Virus record (IMG/VR): IMGVR_UViG_3300014827_000174
Location: 1-52,779 of that record
Length of the DNA: 52,779 nt
From: a virus
Lineage: Duplodnaviria > Caudoviricetes
Reading direction: 5' to 3' (one strand)
The position numbers and the translations under genes were made by a program. Below are positions 48,668 through 52,779 of the stretch, in pieces (within the stretch, counting starts at the first letter, position 1; each line of letters opens with the position of its first letter). A model generated the notes under the pieces. The model was not told the DNA's origin. It saw only the letters and a program-made list of their open reading frames with translations, and did no database searches.

Positions 48668-51106
48668 ATGGCAGTTAAGAAAAGTGCCTTATACAGCTCT
48701 CTTTGGGCGAGCTGTGATGCATTAAGAGGCGGTATGGATGCCTCACAATACAAGGATTATATATTGACCCTCTTATTCGTGAAGTATGTTTCGGACAAGT
48801 TTAAGGGTGTTGCTTACGGCGACATCGATGTTCCAAAAGGGGGTAGTTTTGACGATATGCTTGCGCTGATTGGCAACAAGAACATCGGCGAAGAGATTGA
48901 CAAAATCATCGCCAAACTCGCCGAAGCAAACAACCTCCGAGGGGTTATTGACAACGCGCACTTCAACGACGAGGACAAACTCGGCAAGGGCAAGGAAATG
49001 GTCGACAAACTGAGTGAGTTGCTCGGCATATTCCGCGACCAAATGCCGGACTTCAGCCGCAATCGCGCCGACGGCGACGACATAATAGGCGACGCATACG
49101 AATACCTTATGCGGAACTTCGCCACCGAGAGCGGTAAGAGCAAGGGGCAATTTTACACGCCCGCCGAAGTGTCACGCATACTCGCAAAAGTCGTTGGAAT
49201 TGAGCATTCCAAAGCGGGCGAAACCACCCTGTACGATCCAGCTTGCGGCTCTGGCTCCCTATTAATCCGCGCGGCCGAAGCCGCTCCGGTCGATGTAGCC
49301 ATATACGGCCAAGAAAAAGAAGGCACCACTGCCGGTCTTGCCCGTATGAACCTTGTTCTGCATAACCGAGCGACTGCCGAAATTAAAGGGGGCTACAGCA
49401 CGTTCTCCGATCCGCAGTATAAGAATCCTAACGATGATGGGGCATTGCGTCAGTTTGACTTTGCAGTGGTTAATCCTCCGTTTTCCGATAAGAATTGGAC
49501 GCACGGCTTGAAAGAATACGGACGTTTTGATGGCTACGGCGACCGCCCACCCCAGAGGAGCGGTGATTTCGCTTGGCTGCTCCATATTATTAAGTCGCTT
49601 AAGCGCAACGGCAAGGCGGCGGTGATACTTCCCCACGGCGTACTCTTTCGCGGTAACGCCGAGGCGACCATACGGCAATCGCTTATAGCCAAAGGCTATA
49701 TTAAAGGCATCATAGGCTTACCCACGAACCTGTTTTACGGGACTAGTATAGCTACCTGCATTATCGTCATCGACAAAGAGAACGCCGACGAGCGGGACGG
49801 CATTTTTATGATTGACGCGAGCCGCGACTTCATCAAGGACGGCAACAAGAACCGTTTGCGCGAGCGCGATGTTTATAAAATCGTTACAACTTTCAACGAG
49901 CAGATCATAACTGATTCAAAATACGCCCGCTTTGTGCTGGATGACGAGATAAAAAACAAAAACGCCTACAACCTTAACTTAACGCGTTACATAAACGGCG
50001 GCGCGGCTGAGGATTTGCAGAGCATTGACGGTCACTTAAACGGCGGCATACCGAGCGCAGATGTTGACAGCCTGTTGCTCTATTGGGATACGTTCCCGAA
50101 CCTGCAATCTGCGTTGTTCAAGCCGATCCGCGATGGGTTTTATTCGCTCGCCGTGGACAAAGATGCTATTCGTGACACCATTTATGGCGACTCAGACTTT
50201 TCCGCATACGCCGATAAGGTAGAGAAAGCCTTTGAGAGTTGGAAAGCCTGCGTTGACAGCAAACTCTGCGGCATAGATAGCAAGACAAAACCCAAGTTGC
50301 TGATTACAGAGATTGCCGAGCAAATCTTGGGGGAATACGAGCCTGTCACGCTTGTGGATAAATACGATGCCTATGAGGTGTTGCTGTCCTACTGGAACAA
50401 CGTAATGGCCGATGATGTTTATATGCTTGTTCAGGATGGTTACAAAGCCGTCCGCGATATTGAGGTATTCACCAAGACGACCACCAAAAAGAAAAAAGAC
50501 AATACGGAAGAAACAAAAACGACAGAAACGGGCTGGGACGGCAAACTTGTGCCGAAAGCCCTTGTTATAGAGATGTTCTTCTCTGCGGAGCAAAAAGTGA
50601 TAGACGACACCGAAATAATCATCGTGTCGGTGCAAGCCGAACTAGACGACTTGATAGAGAACGCCGAAGACGATTCTGTCATTAACGACGTGCTTAAAGA
50701 CAACGGCAATCTTGATAAGCCGGGACTTAAGAAAAAACATAAAGATAAGACGCTCGACGCAGATGACTGGAAAGTGTTGCAGACCCTGTCCAAATTAGTC
50801 GTTAGGGTTGATGAGGGTACGAAGACGCTAAAAGATCTCCGCGCCGCCCTAGACAAGAAAACCCGAGAGCAGTATGTCAAACTCACCGACGAGCAGTGTG
50901 TGGAACTGCTCCTTGAACGCAAGTGGTATCGCTCGCTTGTGAGCGGCGTATATGCACTGTATATGGCGGTGAGCCATCGCATTGCTGAGCGGGTGACGGA
51001 ACTCGCCGAACGCTATGAGCGGACGATACCGGAGCTTGAAACCGAAGTCACCGAACTTGAAAGCAAGGTGAAATTCCATCTGGAAAGGATGGGTTTTGTA
51101 TGGTGA
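48668..51106 (+). CDS. hsdM: type I R-M methyltransferase subunit
   Basis: GQFYTP, DPACGSG motif I, NPPF motif IV, PHGVLFRG; ATG 48668 after GAGG. Confidence 0.95.
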   Translation: MAVKKSALYSSLWASCDALRGGMDASQYKDYILTLLFVKYVSDKFKGVAYGDIDVPKGGSFDDMLALIGNKNIGEEIDKIIAKLAEANNLRGVIDNAHFNDEDKLGKGKEMVDKLSELLGIFRDQMPDFSRNRADGDDIIGDAYEYLMRNFATESGKSKGQFYTPAEVSRILAKVVGIEHSKAGETTLYDPACGSGSLLIRAAEAAPVDVAIYGQEKEGTTAGLARMNLVLHNRATAEIKGGYSTFSDPQYKNPNDDGALRQFDFAVVNPPFSDKNWTHGLKEYGRFDGYGDRPPQRSGDFAWLLHIIKSLKRNGKAAVILPHGVLFRGNAEATIRQSLIAKGYIKGIIGLPTNLFYGTSIATCIIVIDKENADERDGIFMIDASRDFIKDGNKNRLRERDVYKIVTTFNEQIITDSKYARFVLDDEIKNKNAYNLNLTRYINGGAAEDLQSIDGHLNGGIPSADVDSLLLYWDTFPNLQSALFKPIRDGFYSLAVDKDAIRDTIYGDSDFSAYADKVEKAFESWKACVDSKLCGIDSKTKPKLLITEIAEQILGEYEPVTLVDKYDAYEVLLSYWNNVMADDVYMLVQDGYKAVRDIEVFTKTTTKKKKDNTEETKTTETGWDGKLVPKALVIEMFFSAEQKVIDDTEIIIVSVQAELDDLIENAEDDSVINDVLKDNGNLDKPGLKKKHKDKTLDADDWKVLQTLSKLVVRVDEGTKTLKDLRAALDKKTREQYVKLTDEQCVELLLERKWYRSLVSGVYALYMAVSHRIAERVTELAERYERTIPELETEVTELESKVKFHLERMGFVW

Positions 51107-52275
51107 ACTGCTGGAGTATTCAAAAGTTATCAGACCTTTCAAACATGAAAAGTGGGTTGGGCATAACAGAGGAAAATATCGAAAAATCTGGGAATTATCC
51201 TTGTTATGGCGGTAATGGGTTGCGTGGCTTTACGTCCGAATATACTCATGATGGGCAATTTGCACTTATTGGTCGTCAGGGTGCGCTTTGCGGCAATGTT
51301 GCATTAGTTTCAGGGAGATTCTTTGCTTCTGAGCATGCTGTTGTTGTCACTCCCAAGTCAAACACGGATATAGTATTTCTGTCCTACGTCTTGATAGATA
51401 TGAGATTAAATCAATATTCTGAGTCATCGGCTCAACCCGGATTGTCAGTTAAAAAAGTTCTTGAAATCGAGTACTATGCTCCCAATGACAATTCTGAACA
51501 ACGCGCCATCGCCGCCGCGTTGTCGGATTCAGACGCATACATCACCGCGCTCGAAAAGCTGATTGCCAAGAAACGCACCGTGAAGCAAGGTGCAATGCAG
51601 GAACTGCTCACGGGCAAGCGTCGCTTGCCGGGATTTAGTGGTGTGTGGGACACTTTGAAACTTGCGGCAAACTCAACACTAAAAGCAAGAATCGGTTGGC
51701 AAGGCCTGACAACAGCAGAGTATCTTGATGAAGGATATTCTTACCTTATCACTGGCACAGATTTCTCAAATGGCAAGATAGCGTGGAGCGGTTGCCATTA
51801 TGTAGACAAAAGTCGCTATGACCAAGACACGAATATTCAAGCGGGCAACGGTGACGTTCTGATAACAAAAGACGGAACTATTGGCAAGGTCGCTATCGTA
51901 AACGGCTTGACAAAAAAAGCAACGCTTAATAGTGGTGTCTTTGTAGTCCGTCCGAAAAACGAAGCGTATGAAAGGACATACATCTATTATGTCTTGCTTT
52001 CGCAAATCTTCGCCGATTTCCTTGCTAAACTGTTGGCGGGTTCTACAATTAACCACTTATATCAAAAGGACTTTGTAAACTTCGAGTTTAAAGCCCCGGT
52101 CGCAATCGCCGAACAAACCGCCATTGCCGCCGTTCTCTCCGATATGGACGCGGAGATTGACGCGCTGATACAAAAGCTCGAAAAGGCGAAGTGCATAAAG
52201 CAAGGTATGATGAGCGAACTACTGATGGGCAGAATACGATTGATACAGGAGGACACGGACAATGGCGAAAATTAA
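51100..52275 (+). CDS. hsdS: type I R-M specificity subunit
   Basis: Two TRDs, each followed by an EQxAIA..LSD...KQGxMxELLxG helix. Confidence 0.95.
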   Translation: MVNCWSIQKLSDLSNMKSGLGITEENIEKSGNYPCYGGNGLRGFTSEYTHDGQFALIGRQGALCGNVALVSGRFFASEHAVVVTPKSNTDIVFLSYVLIDMRLNQYSESSAQPGLSVKKVLEIEYYAPNDNSEQRAIAAALSDSDAYITALEKLIAKKRTVKQGAMQELLTGKRRLPGFSGVWDTLKLAANSTLKARIGWQGLTTAEYLDEGYSYLITGTDFSNGKIAWSGCHYVDKSRYDQDTNIQAGNGDVLITKDGTIGKVAIVNGLTKKATLNSGVFVVRPKNEAYERTYIYYVLLSQIFADFLAKLLAGSTINHLYQKDFVNFEFKAPVAIAEQTAIAAVLSDMDAEIDALIQKLEKAKCIKQGMMSELLMGRIRLIQEDTDNGEN

Positions 52276-52779
52276 CGAAGCTGAGCGTAAAACACAAGAC
52301 CGTTTACTCGCCTTGTTCCGCGACAGGTCGACTCTTGGATATGAATATTATGGCGATTTACGCCACCAGTTAAACGGCAATGTCATAACTGAAAAGCTGA
52401 TGTCGTTCCTGGTGAGTAAGCAGAAGTACAGCGTAACCCTATCCGCAAAAGCGGTTGATGCTCTTGTCCAGGCGGCGGGCAATCTGCAACAGGGGCTGTA
52501 CAAAGCAAATCAGGACGCGTATTCACTCCTCAAATACGGTGCGAAAGTCAAGGAGAATCCCGGCGAGCCTGAAAAGACCGTTTACTTCATCGACTGGGAA
52601 CACTCCCACAACAACGAGTATGCCATCGCCGAGGAAGTGACGATAAAGTCGGGCAGCGAACGCCGCCCTGACCTTGTCGTGTATATAAACGGAATCGCCA
52701 TCGCGGTAATTGAACTGAAAAAATCCACCGTGTCGGTGTCGCAGGGCATACGGCAGAACATCTCCAACCAGAACGAGCA
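52262..52779 (+). CDS. hsdR: type I R-M restriction subunit, 5' part (runs off the window)
   Basis: MAKINEAERKTQDR...RRPDLVVYINGIAIAVIELKK PD-(D/E)xK motif. Confidence 0.92.
   Translation, partial: MAKINEAERKTQDRLLALFRDRSTLGYEYYGDLRHQLNGNVITEKLMSFLVSKQKYSVTLSAKAVDALVQAAGNLQQGLYKANQDAYSLLKYGAKVKENPGEPEKTVYFIDWEHSHNNEYAIAEEVTIKSGSERRPDLVVYINGIAIAVIELKKSTVSVSQGIRQNISNQNE

Noticed and set aside
51100-52275. Phase-variable hsdS
   Set aside because: No second hsdS, inverted repeats, invertase or simple-sequence tract within the window
2031-52767. Many ORF-track entries antisense to or nested in long genes (for example 2606..3202, 15616..15960, 43291..43791, 50440..50982)
   Set aside because: Shadow frames of well-supported genes, with no RBS or motifs

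Overview
Most of the window (about 4.3-44.9 kb, minus strand) is an apparently intact siphovirus-type prophage in an AT-rich clostridial (Bacillota) chromosome. In transcription order it carries a sigma-70 region-4 factor, DUF2800/DUF2815, PolA, a BRO/KilAC antirepressor, VirE primase-helicase, VRR-NUC, SNF2 helicase, an ArpU-like activator, ParB-methylase, HNH, terminases, an HK97-type head, a non-contractile tail, a lysis cassette and a SHOCT plus three-serine-recombinase cassette. Defence cargo flanks both ends: GmrSD-like on the left; an ABC three-component (Lamassu-like) system and type I R-M (running off the window) on the right. The most striking observation is in the tail tip. Three consecutive repeat-rich proteins share a C-terminal 'plug' peptide and an N-terminal 'socket' domain, and the middle protein carries both fused in exact register, suggesting a head-to-tail extendable fibre. 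Other signals: a Trp-rich 15-codon leader before the lysis genes, three copies of a phage-sigma promoter motif, a nested attenuator RNA, 10-bp phased repeats, a candidate iteron origin and a -1 tail-chaperone frameshift. All family assignments come from motif recognition; no searches were run.
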